64,000 nucleotides of DNA, from NCBI GenBank assembly GCA_001179505.1, contig CDMY01000287.1, positions 62,001 to 126,000 on the forward strand. Direction: 5' to 3'. The DNA comes from Vitrella brassicaformis CCMP3155. Its lineage: Eukaryota; Protista; Chromerida. Every line of letters starts with the position of its first letter. The stretch's first letter is position 1. The position numbers and the translations under genes are program-made. The notes under the pieces were generated by a model that did not search any database, was not told the origin of the DNA, and saw nothing but the letters and a program-made list of their open reading frames with translations. This document shows positions 23,541-35,800 of this stretch, one piece after another.

Positions 23541-23556
23541 CTAAACCCTAAACCCT
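23541..23556. promoter_or_regulatory. Short interstitial telomere-like tract (telo-box-like)
   Basis: CTAAACCCTAAACCCT preceded by the degenerate units AAACCCG and AAAACCCT, about 170 bp upstream of the 23370 start codon. Confidence 0.4.
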
Positions 23557-24004
23557 TGACTCGAACAAATAACACACACTCGCTCCCCGTGTCTTCCCCT
23601 TGTTGGAAAAGACCAAACATCCAGTTCTGGATGGCCGAGACATGTTTGGAGGCTGCATGTCGACACTCACCCCACCCCATCTGCTCTCGCTTCGCTGTGT
23701 CTCGTGTGCGGTAGGGGAGAAAGTTGTGTGTTACGGCGGCAAGGAGATGAAACAGAGCCGTAGCAAAAGGTCCTGGTACATGAACGCCACACGAAGGCAT
23801 CGGATATGATCGACTCACAAGGTGTGTCTTAGTGTCCAAGACGCATCACGACAGTATTCACACTCAAGCCACAAAGGCATGAACGCATCAAACCACCTAT
23901 GTGATAGATGCATACAATGGACAGACCCGTTGCAAAATAGCCAAGCCAACGATATAAAATGTAGGCAACGATTGCCTGGTTGTTCTTATTCCATAATGAA
24001 ACAC

Positions 24005-24403
24005 CACTTGCACAAACTCGCCCTGGACAAGTCGGATCTGCACACACACACACACATGAACAGAGGAATTTGAAGTTTTTCCTTCGCCTTCTGTCTCTCT
24101 GGGTGTGTTGGGTACATACCTCTGCAGGGTCACAGGTTCTGCAGATGTTGCTGACGTGGGCCAAGGTGTACTGGCGGTTCCTGAAGGTCATGGTGCTCAT
24201 CTTGGTGTTGAGGAGGATGCACAGCGCGGCCGCATTGCCCGCCGGGGACAGCCTGTCGATGACCACGTCCAGGCTGGCAGCATGCTGGGCCAGCAGCGAG
24301 TCTTTGGCGCGCAGCCACTTGACGAGGCTCTTGGTGTTCTCTGACCCGCCCTTCATCTCGAGGATCTTCTGCAGGACGACCTCGACAAACGTGTCATTCA
24401 TGG
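24005..24403 (-). pseudogene. CSN3: COP9 signalosome subunit 3 (CSN3) N-terminal fragment embedded in the repeat family
   Basis: MNDTFVEVVLQKILEMKGGSENTKSLVKWLRAKDSLLAQHAASLDVVIDRLSPAGNAAALCILLNTK..LAHVSNICRTCDPAE|IRLVQGEF resembles the CSN3 N-terminus (LL..h...LD.VL..L...hslg...L..K ... F...C...qIR...F). It retains an intron at 24038-24119. No PCI domain follows. Confidence 0.65.
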
Positions 24404-27400
24404 CTGACGCGCACAGAGACCAGGGACCGACAGACAGATCAGTGTTCTGGCCTCGCTTCCCGTCCCAACACCCCACACAGCACGGTCCTCTACGTACCGT
24501 GCTGCTGCTGCTCCTGATGGTGCCCGTGCTTGTGATGGTGCCCGTGCTTGCTGCACACCACAACATACACACCCACCCACACACACACCAGGCATGTGCA
24601 CTCATTCATCCCGATTCCACCCCAGGGTGAGCGTGTCTGGGCTGTCTGCCTTTCTCACCTCAGGAAGCTACGATATAGCTTGGACTTCGGGTTGTACAAC
24701 ACCATTGTGCGTCGTCGTGCTGCTGCTGCTCGGGCCTGGCGCGTGGGGGGCTGCTGGGTCTCGCGCGATGGCTCAGCGGCCTCGGTTGGCGACGATGGCT
24801 CAGCGGCCTCGGTTGGCGATGACAGAGCAGCCGCGCCGCGCTCATTTGTGTCCAATGGCGGCCGTGGTGGTGCAGGCGGTAGTGGGGTGCAGGCGGTAGC
24901 GGCGCCGCCGAATCCGCCCGTGGGAAGAGGGCACCGGCGGCTGCACCGAAGCTATCCGTGCATCCAGATGTTGTGGTGGTGGTGGTAGCTGTTCTGGCGG
25001 CGGCGTGGGGATGGAGGAGGGCGCGGCGGGCGGAGCTGGAGGTCCAGGACGACGTTGCAGGCTGGCGGGCGGAGGCTCGACAGGCTCCCAGAGCTCAGGA
25101 GGAATCGCCACGTCGCCGTCGTCTTCCTGCAGAGGCACGGAGAGACTTGCATGTTGTGTGCCCTCCCGAACCGTGCATGGTGTCGTATCCTTTGGTACCG
25201 GTTCAGATGGATCGAATGTCCAAGGCGACGTGGGCGTCGCGGTGGGCCAGGGCTCTCGCGCTGGGGTAACGATGATCTCGGGGGGGTTGAGCCTCTGAGC
25301 CACACACACACACACAGCACAAACAAATGTTTCGATGAAGTCTGTCTGTTTACTTTGAGCGCCAGCAACTCCTCCCGATACACGTTGAGCTCCATGCTGT
25401 GGACATGCACCCACGCACGCGACACACGGGTGAACGCATGTGTGCCAATTCGAGTGCACCCACTTACATGAGCAGGTCATTCTTCATTTGGCTCTTCTCG
25501 AGTCTCGCCTGCAGGTCCACCTGCTCCGTCGCGCACCCCTGAGTGAACACACGATAGGCACGCCCACACACAGCATTCCCTCACTCGTGTCATTCGTGTG
25601 TTTATGCTTCTGTGCTGGCTGAGTAGATAAGTCGACTTACATCCCTCTCGTCGATCTGCTTCCTTAGCCGCGAGATGTCCCTCTCTGCCTCCTGCACGTA
25701 GCGAAGGAAGTGCCTCGTCAGGTCGTCAATGACACGTGACCTCATGGCGTCCTTCGTCTCGTACTCGGCCCTCTCGGTCTCGAGCCTGTCTTTCTCTACG
25801 GGCCTACAGCACAAGCATGCCATCTTCTGCTTGGAATTCTAGATCTTTGCTGCGCTCCAACCGACGACGCAAGAGACAACATGCCGTGTCGATGCATGCA
25901 AGCAGGGCGGTGCCTCTCACTGACGCCCAGCGAATGTCTTGTAGCGCATCGTGGGGAAACCTCCGCCCGTCGCGTCCGAAAGAAGGCGTTGACATCCTCT
26001 ACCTGTCTGCAGTCAGCTGTAAGGCTCAACTCACTGCTTACCACTTTTGAAAGGTCCGTGCGCGAGATTTAAACAAGAGGCCCAAGGATATAAAACGTAG
26101 GCAGCAATTGAGCGGCCTCAGCCGCCTGCACAAATGCAGACAGGCAGAATCATCGATGCGCTAAGAAATCTGGACGTAGCGTACCTGGCTCCCCAGGAGC
26201 GAAAACGTCGATCCACGCATCGAAACTCGCCCGTACTTGTCCTGAATACGTCCAAGTAGTAACAGCCACAAAGCACTCCGCATTTTTGTAATGCTGCACA
26301 GATGTACACAAACCGTGACGGCGGTGCTCGCCAATGATGCCTGCATCACACAAGAGGATCGGCACGTGTGTTATGGTTGCGTAGGCGGGCGGGGTGTGCC
26401 GATGTGCATACCCGTCGTGCTTCGGCATCCTTCTTTTTCTTCTCCTCGTCGGCTGCAGTGTCATAAACAAACACACACAAAGAGATAAGTCTGTGTTGAG
26501 CCGCCTTTGCCTATAAGCACATACCCTCTCTGGCCAATTGTTGTTGCTGCTGATGCTGGTCCTGCTCCTCCCTCTGCTTGCGCCTGGCCTCTGCAGAGAG
26601 AATCAATCCCATGTGTGTGGGGAAAGAGGTGCGTCTTGTTATTCTCTCACGTACCCCTCTCCTCCAGCTGCCGCAGCCACTCCCTCTCTCGCCGTCTCTC
26701 CTCTGCACACCATCCATCCATCCATCCATCATAAAGAAAACAATCTGCATGTGTATGCATCCCTCCTGACCCACCGGCCTCGTGCTGCACCTGCTGGACC
26801 TGATTGACAGATGACAGATAGACATACATGGGGAGGGGCGTGTGTGCAGTCGAGTTGATGATACATACCTGGATGGCCGCCGGCTGGTGCTGGTCGTCCT
26901 GCTGCTCGTCGTCCTGCTCGTGCTGGTCGTGGGGGCTGCTGGTTGTCTTGGGGCGAGGGTCGAATATATGGGTCACAGGATATAAAATGTAGACGGCGAT
27001 TTTCTTCTGAGACCATATGAGCAAACATATACGACCGTCGACAGGATGTTTGTGCACACATTGGGGGCCTGTCTGGTCACTCAGCCACACGTACCTTGCT
27101 GCCCCTCCTCCTGCTCCTGCTGGCCCTCCATCTGGGACTCGGCCTCCTGCTGCTCCTCGTCTGCAGACAGGCCAGACACCCAATTTCATTTGTGTAACAG
27201 CCGTCCGTATCCGTCAGTGGGCCCACTGACCGCTGCCGCCGGCGAAGGGGATTTCATCGCCGTAGTTGCCCAAAAACCAGTTAGGGTGGCTGTGGACGGG
27301 GTGGGCGTATTGCTGGTTGAAGCCCACCCACCAGATGTCTGCATCAATCGGTACACACAGCCCAACACACAAGGGGTGTCTGCGTGCACAGTGATGTGTC

Positions 27401-28521
27401 GCCCCCACACACACAGACATACCCTCGGGCTCTTCGTCGGTCCCCTCCCGCTCGGCCAGCTCCACGGCTGCAGCACCATAGACACAGTGAGCACATCCAT
27501 CTCTGCCGTGTACGATGATCACTGATTGATTCCTCCTACCAGCTTGCATCTTGGCCGTCAGGCAGGCAGGCAGGCAGGCAGGCAGAGAGCCAGACAGACA
27601 GACAGATAGACAACCNNNNNNNNNNNNNNNNNNNNNNNNNNNNNNNNNNNNNNNNNNNNNNNNNNNNNNNNNNNNNNNNNNNNNNNNNNNNNNNNNNNNN
27701 NNNNNNNNNNNNNNNNNNNNNNNNNNNNNNNNNNNNNNNNNNNNNNNNNNNNNNNNNNNNNNNNNNNNNNNNNNNNNNNNNNNNNNNNNNNNNNNNNNNN
27801 NNNNNNNNNNNNNNNNNNNNNNNNNNNNNNNNNNNNNNNNNNNNNNNNNNNNNNNNNNNNNNNNNNNNNNNNNNNNNNNNNNNNNNNNNNNNNNNNNNNN
27901 NNNNNNNNNNNNNNNCACACAGCACAGCGTCACACAGCACATTCATCGGCAGCAGCTCTTCACCGACGGCCCTGGTCACAGAGAGAGAGATGAACAGAAG
28001 GGACCGATACAAATCTACCCCTCAGTAAATGTGCCCGTGTGTCTGGACATCTTACGGCGACGTGCAGCGGGCTGGATAGGTGAGGGCCCGACAGCCTGAC
28101 AGACAAGACACCAGGCACAGAGAAACAAACATGGCTGAGATGCGGACACCATTGCTGAGCAGTTCCTCTGGTCACTCCACCCACCAGCAGCCGGTAGCCG
28201 ACTGTGCATCTGATGGTCCGCTGACAACACACAGCAGGGAGCAAACGCATTGATGAGAACATCAGCCATTGATGCATTCACAGTGTTCTCACCACCATGG
28301 TGGGCGGGCGCACCTCCGTCCACGCTTGGCTCCACAGGTACATGTACACCTTGGGCTGCACAGACCGACAGACGACAGATGGATAAACATGGAGGGAGGG
28401 AGGGAGGGAGGGAGGGGCGTGCGTGCAAATGGGGGGATACCTGAGTGGAAGCCGGCTGCTGCTGCTCGTGCTGCTGCTGCTGCTCAACGGCCTGCCTCTC
28501 CCTCTCGGCCGCCTCCTCTGC

Positions 28522-28552
<31 letters not shown>

Positions 28553-30457
28553 GACCATACGAACAAAGAATTTCGACAGGGTTTTTGTGCACACACATTC
28601 GGCCAGCCCGTGTGCTTGCTGGTCGTCCTGGGGCGCGGGTCGAATATATGGGTCACAGGATATAAAATGTAGACGGCGATTTTCTTCTGAGACCATATGA
28701 GCAAACATATACGACCGTCGACAGGGTGTTTGTGCACACATTCGGGGTCTCTCTGGTCACTCAGTCACACGTACCCTCCTGCCTCTCCTCCTGCTGCTGT
28801 TCGTAGTGCTCCTGCTGGGCCATGCGCGGCTGCGGCGCTGCTCATCCTCCTCGTGGGCCATCGCGCGGCGGTGCTGCTCGGCGGCCTCCTCCTCGGCCAT
28901 CTGGCGACGCTGCTCTCCTCCTCGTGGGCCATCGCGCGGCGGTTCTCCTCCTCGGCCATGAGGCGGCGCTGCTCCTGCTCGGCGGCTTCCTTCTCGGCCA
29001 TCTGGCGGCGCTGCTCCGCCTCTTCCTGCATGCGGTGGCGCTCGGCGGCCTCCTGGTCCTCGTCTGCAGACACGACAGCCGACAGCCACCATGGCACGTG
29101 TCCGTATGTGAGAGCTGGTATCATTGGCATACCAGCTGCGCCCTTGATCTCGCCCTCTGCAGAGAGAAGACGGCACCAGAGTGACACGCAGCACATGTGT
29201 GTGGGTTTGTCGATATTCATGTGTGGCCTCGCACCCACCGTCGTTGAGCTGCCCGCCCTCGTGGTCGGGGATGTCTCCCCGCTCCTCGAACCACTGTACG
29301 AATTCACCTTGATCCTGGCGCTGTTGCTGCACCTGACCAACCAGCCACACACAGGCCACAAAAGGGCAATGTGTGTGTGTGTGTGTGTGTGAGTGTGTGT
29401 GTTTGAGTGCGTCACGACAGTGCTGATTCTCTCGTGTGTGCATACCTTGGCCTTGGCGGTGGGCGAGGCGGGGAGTTCCCTAAAAAAAAAAAAAAAGGGC
29501 GGGGAGGGACTCCTGCACACATGGGAGACAACGGGACGATCGTCAGAGTGTTTGGCTGCCCTTCTTGTCATTCTGGCTCACGTACCTTTGTCGACATCGT
29601 CCCCATCGCCCCCTGCACACACACGACAACACACGCAGACAGCAGCAATGGGTACCTGACTTGTTTCAGATTTTCTTTTGTTCCCGAACCATTGATGGCT
29701 TGTCCTTGGTGGTGTCGTTGGTGGTGTCGCCCTGGCCTGCACACACAGCCACACCCCACGCACATCCATCCATCCGTCCATCCATCCATCCGTCCATCGA
29801 CAGCTGCATGGTTTGTGTATTCACACCTGCTGCCTCCTGCTCGTCAGCATCCTTGTCAGCTGCACAAATGGAAGCACACAGCAACCACAACGAGTGTGTT
29901 TGTCATGTGTGGCTGGACTCCATATCTCTCACCCGCTCCGCGCTGGTCCTGTTGGTGCTTGATGCCGCCGAACGCCAGCACCTGCTCCATGCGGTGGGCT
30001 GCATACAGTCACACAAACGAATACCGACAGACAATCTCCCGCACTCCACAGCACGCACACATACCGGCGGCTTCCTTGTCGGTGTCCTGCTCTTGAAGGG
30101 CCATCTCGCCCTCCCGCAGGTAGGCCCAGATGGGCCCGCGCTGCTCCTCCTCCTCGTCGGCCATCGCGCGGCGCTCGGCCGCCTCCCGCTCCTCCCCTGC
30201 AGACAGACACGACAGCCACCCATTATGACACACCCCAGTATGTGAGTGTTCGTGTTCCCCTCACACCCACACATACCAGCGGCCTTCTTCTTCTTGATGG
30301 CTGTATCGGTCGGCAACACAGACAGGTGCCACATGCGCACACAGCCATGGACACGTGTGTCTGCGGCTATGTGGTCACGCACTAGACGTACCTGCCTGCA
30401 CCTGCTCCTGCTGCTCAGCCGCCAGTTGCAGCGACGCCTCATAGTGCTCCTCCTCTG

Positions 30458-30489
<32 letters not shown>

Positions 30490-32797
30490 ACAACCGAGCC
30501 GCTAACCATCACGCGCGTCGCTCTCTCAGTGTTTGTTCGTCCCCGTCCGTTTCGCACCGAGCTGCTTAGACCGCCGGATCATGGCCCTCTGACGGTCCCT
30601 CTCTGCAGACAGTCGTGACAGCCGCACACCATGACATGACAAACGTGTGGATAGATATCATAGGCCTCTGTCTGTTTGCACCCGCATCGCATACCTTCTG
30701 GCGTGCCCTCGCCACGCACCAGCGACTTCAGCGCTTCCCAGGCTGCATGCCATGCATGGGTCGACAGACACAGGACAGAAAGAGACGGCTCTGTGTTTGC
30801 TGTCGACCCTCTCTGTGGGGGGCGGGGGGGGGGGGGGGNNNNNNNNNNNNNNNNNNNNNNNNNNNNNNNNNNNNNNNNNNNNNNNNNNNNNNNNNNNNNN
30901 NNNNNNNNNNNNNNNNNNNNNNNNNNNNNNNNNNNNNNNNNNNNNNNNNNNNNNNNNNNNNNNNNNNNNNNNNNNNNNNNNNNNNNNNNNNNNNNNNNNN
31001 NNNNNNNNNNNNNNNNNNNNNNNNNNNNNNNNNNNNNNNNNNNNNNNNNNNNNNNNNNNNNNNNNNNNNNNNNNNNNNNNNNNNNNNNNNNNNNNNNNNN
31101 NNNNNNNNNNNNNNNNNNNNNNNNNNNNNNNNNNNNNNGGGGGGGGGGGGGTACCGGGGTCACGCAGTTGGCCGAACTCCCTTGCTGCGTCCAAGCACAG
31201 CAGCCAAAGGGTGACAGTCATGTGTGTGAGGGAAGCTGCCTGTGTCATTCGCACGTACCCTTTCGCCCTCCCAACTTCCAGTCCTTGGCCGCAGCCTCAC
31301 CTGCCTCCCCAGCTGCACCAAGACAGACACATGCAGCACACACATATGACGCGTCTGTGGTCCCATCCATGTACTGCACGTGTTGGCAAACATACCGGCC
31401 AGGCCCTCCGTCACCTCGCGGGCCTCCTCACCTGGATCAGCCACGCACACACACAGTTCCCATCAACGAATGTGCATTTGTCGATAATGTATTGCCCCCG
31501 CACCCACCGTCGTCGTCCTGGTCCCCCTCGCCCTGCTGGAGGTCTCGGCGCCGGTCGAAGTGCTCGGCGAACTCCGCTGCAAATGCACAAGAGACACAAC
31601 ACGTATCAGCCTGACCGTGATGGCGTACATGTGCCAATGTCACCTTCGTACCATCATGCTGCAGGCGCGTGATCCCATAGGCACAAGCACGGCAGCTGTG
31701 CAGATGCCGAAGGCGCGAGTCGAATGAAATATAGGCTACATAGACGGCGATTTGCTTCTGAATGGCAACACAGACGGGAGACGGAATGCACAGACAGACG
31801 GAGACATGCAATGCANNNNNNNNNNNNNNNNNNNNNNNNNNNNNNNNNNNNNNNNNNNNNNNNNNNNNNNNNNNNNNNNNNNNNNNNNNNNNNNNNNNNN
31901 NNNNNNNNNNNNNNNNNNNNNNNNNNNNNNNNNNNNNNNNNNNNNNNNNNNNNNNNNNNNNNNNNNNNNNNNNNNNNNNNNNNNNNNNNNNNNNNNNNNN
32001 NNNNNNNNNNNNNNNNNNNNNNNNNNNNNNNNNNNNNNNNNNNNNNNNNNNNNNNNNNNNNNNNNNNNNNNNNNNNNNNNNNNNNNNNNNNNNNNNNNNN
32101 NNNNNNNNNNNNNNNGGGGGGCTACCGGGGTCGCGAAGTTGGCCGAGTCCTCTCGCTGCGTCCAGGCACAGCAGCCAAAGGGTGACAGTTATGTGTGTGA
32201 GGGAAGCTGTTTGTGTCATTCGCACGTACCCTTTCGGCCCCCCATCTTCCAGTCGTCCCTCCAGTTGCCGGCCGCAGCCTCACCTGCCTCCCCAGCTGCA
32301 CCAAGACAGACACATGCAGCACACACATATGACGCGTCTGTGGTCCCATCCATGTACTGCACGTGTTGGCAAACATACCGGCCAGGCCCTCCGTCACCTC
32401 GCGGGCCTCCTCACCTGGATCAGCCACGCACACACACAGTTCCCATCAACGAATGTGCATTTGTCGATAATGTATTGCCCCCGCACCCACCGTCGTCGTC
32501 CTGGTCCCCCTCGCCCTGCTGGAGGTCTCGGCGCCGGTCGAAGTGCTCGGCGAACTCCGCTGCAAATGCACAAGAGACACAACACGTATCAGCCTGACCG
32601 TGATGGCGTACATGTGCCAATGTCACCTTCGTACCATCATGCTGCAGGCGCGTGATCCCATAGGCACAAGCACGGCAGCTGTGCAGATGCCGAAGGCGCG
32701 AGTCGAATGAAATATAGGCTACATAGACGGCGATTTGCTTCTGAATGGCAACACAGACGGGAGACGGAATGCACAGACAGACGGAGACATGCAATGC

Positions 32798-32872
32798 ACT
32801 GGTGCTCTCTGACCCGCCCTCCACGCCTAGGATCTTCTGCAGGACGCTGTCGAGGAACGTGTCACTCATGGC
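32798..32872 (-). pseudogene. CSN3: Second, more truncated CSN3 N-terminal fragment
   Basis: MSDTFLDSVLQKILGVEGGSEST, preceded by the same MVLYNPKSKLY and His-rich exons as the 24 kb copy, and cut off after about 24 codons. Confidence 0.6.
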
Positions 32873-35800
32873 TGCCGCGCACAGAGACCAGCGACAGACA
32901 GACAGATCACTGTTCTCGCCTCGCTTCCCGTCCCAACACCCCACACAGCACGGCCCTCTGCGTACCGTGCTGCTGCTGCTCCTGATGGTGCCCGTGCTTG
33001 TGATGGTGCTCGTGCTTGCTGCACACCACAACACACACACACACACACACACCAGGCATGTGCACTCATTCATCCCGATTCCACTCCAGGGTGAGCGTGT
33101 CTGGGCTGTCTGCCTTTCTCACCTCAGGAAGCCCTTGTACAGCTTCGATTTGGGGTTGTACAGCACCATCTTGTCTGGCTGCTGTGTCGCACAAGGGACG
33201 GGAAGGCTTTGAGCAGCAACAGGTAGACGAGCAGCCGCACGCGACTACCGAAGAAGAGCACGAGAACGAGCAAGGGCAGCTGGAACGGGAACGGGTCGGG
33301 GCACACCGTCACACGTCGATGCGAACGAGCGTATCAGCCGCTCTGCTGAACCTCTTGGCGCTCAGCTGCCTGGCACTGCGATGCGAGGCTCTTCGGTTCC
33401 GTGTCGGTGCTCTCCTCGGCACCAGATGACTCTTGGCAGACACACAAGACATACAACACGTATACGAGAGTGCCGAATGGTGCTCTGTGTCACCTGCGAC
33501 TTACCTCCCGTTGGCCAAATAGGGCAGCTGCATCCAGGCCGGAGGGCGAGGGTCGAATGAAATATGAGCCACAGGATATAAAATGTAGACGGCGATTTTC
33601 TTCTGAGACCATATGAGCAAACATATACGACCGTCGACAGGGTGTTTGTGCACACATTCGGGGCCTCTCTGGTCACTCAGCCACACGTACCTTCCTGCCT
33701 CTCCTCCTGCTCCTGCTGGTCCATCTGGGGCTCGGCCTCCTGCTGCTGCTCGTCTGCAGACAAGCCAGACACCCAATGTCATATCTGTAACAGCCGTCCG
33801 TATCCGTCAGTGGGCCCACTGACCGCTGCCGCCGACGAAGTGGCTGTCGTCGCCTTGGTAGCCCAGGAACCAGCTGGGGTGGCTGCGCACTGAGTGGGCA
33901 TATTGGCCGTTGAAGCCCACCACCCACCAGAATTCTGCATCAATCGGTACACACAGCCCAACACACAAGGGTGTCTGTGTGTGCGTTTGTCGATAATGTA
34001 TTGCCCCCGCACCCACCGTCGTCGTCCTGGTCGCCCTCGCCCTTATCGCGGTCTCCCCGCTGCAGTGAGTGACTGAGATTGTGAGTGTGTAGCATTATAA
34101 GCTGACATCCATCCATCCATCCGAAGGGCGAACGAAACACCAAACCACGCACTGAGGGAGGCAGTGAGGGAGCGGGGGAGTGAGTGAGTGAGTCGGGCAG
34201 GGAGAGAAGGGCGCGGCGCAAAACTGGCAGGCAGACAGACAGACAGATAGACAGACAGACAGACAGAGAGCCAGCCAGCCACACAGCACAGCACAGCGGC
34301 AGCAGGCCTTCATCAGCACCGGGTCTGTTCACACAGAGAGATAACCAGAAGGGACCGACACAAATCTACTCCACACAATGTGTGTGTGCGTGTGTGTGGA
34401 CATCTTACCACGATGTGCAGCCAGGTGTGTGTGTGCGGGCCCAACGGGCTGACAGACAAGACACCAGGTACAGAGAAACAAACATGGCTGAGATGCGGAC
34501 ACCATTGCTGAGCAGTTCCTCTGGTCACTCCACCCACCACCAGGCGATAAGCGACGGTACGTCTGGTTGTCCGCTGACATGACACACAGCAGGAAGCAAA
34601 TGCGTTGATGCGAACATCAGCCATTACGTAATGCATTCACAGTGTCCTCACCACCACAACGGGCGGGCGAACTTAAGTCCAGGACGCTTGAGCCCACAGG
34701 TACACATACTGCTTCTGCTGCACAGATGGATAAACATGGAGGGAGGGAGGGGCGTGTGTGCAGTCGAGTGGATGATACATACCTGGATGGCCGCCGGCTG
34801 CTGCTGGTCGTCCTGCTCGGCCATCTGGCGGCGCTGCTGCTCGGCGGCCTCCTCCTCGGCCATCTGGCGGCGCTCGGCCGCCTCCCGCTCCTCGTCTGCT
34901 GCAGACAGGCAACACACCCGATGTCATTTGTGTAACAGCCGTCCGTATCCGTCAGTGGGCCCACTCACCGCTGCCGCCGGCGAAGGGGATTTCATCGCCG
35001 TAGTTGCCGAGGAACCACTGCGGGTGGCTGTGGACGGGGTGGGCGTATTGCTGGTTGAAGCCCACCCACTAGAAGTCTGCATCAATCGGTACACACAGCC
35101 CAACACACAAGGGGTGTCTGTGTGCACAGTGATGTGTCGCCCCCACACACAGACATACCCTCGGGCTCCTCGTCGGTCCCCTCCCGCTCGGCCAGCTCCA
35201 CAGCTGCAGCGACACAGACACAGTGAGCACGTCCATCTCTGTCGTGTACGATGATCACTGATTGATTCCTCCTACCAGCTTGCATCTCCGCCTCTGTGAC
35301 GAAACGGCACGCAACACATGCCATGCCGTGGAGCATACTTATCGGCAGCAGGCCTTGACCGAGGGCCCTGCTCACACAGAGAGAGATAAACACGAGGGAT
35401 CGATACAAACTACCCCACACTCACCATATAAATATACATGTGCATGTGTGTGGACATCTTACGGCGATGTGTGGCGGTTTCGATGTGTGAGGGCCCAAAG
35501 GTCTGACAGACAAGACACCAGACACCGAGTAACAAACATGGCTGAGATGCGGACACTATTGCTGAGAAGAACCCACCAGCAGCCGGTAACCCAACGTCCG
35601 TCGCATCGTCCCCTGACAACACACAGCAGGAGGCAAATGCGTTGATGCGCCGCGCCCATCAGCCATTAATGCATTCACAGTGTCCTCACCACCACCACGG
35701 GCGGGCGCACTTGAGTCCACGCCTGACCCCACAGGTAGACGTAGGTCTTCTGCTGCACCGTCGCCGCCTGCTGCTTGAGCTGGTGGACCTGATTGACACA

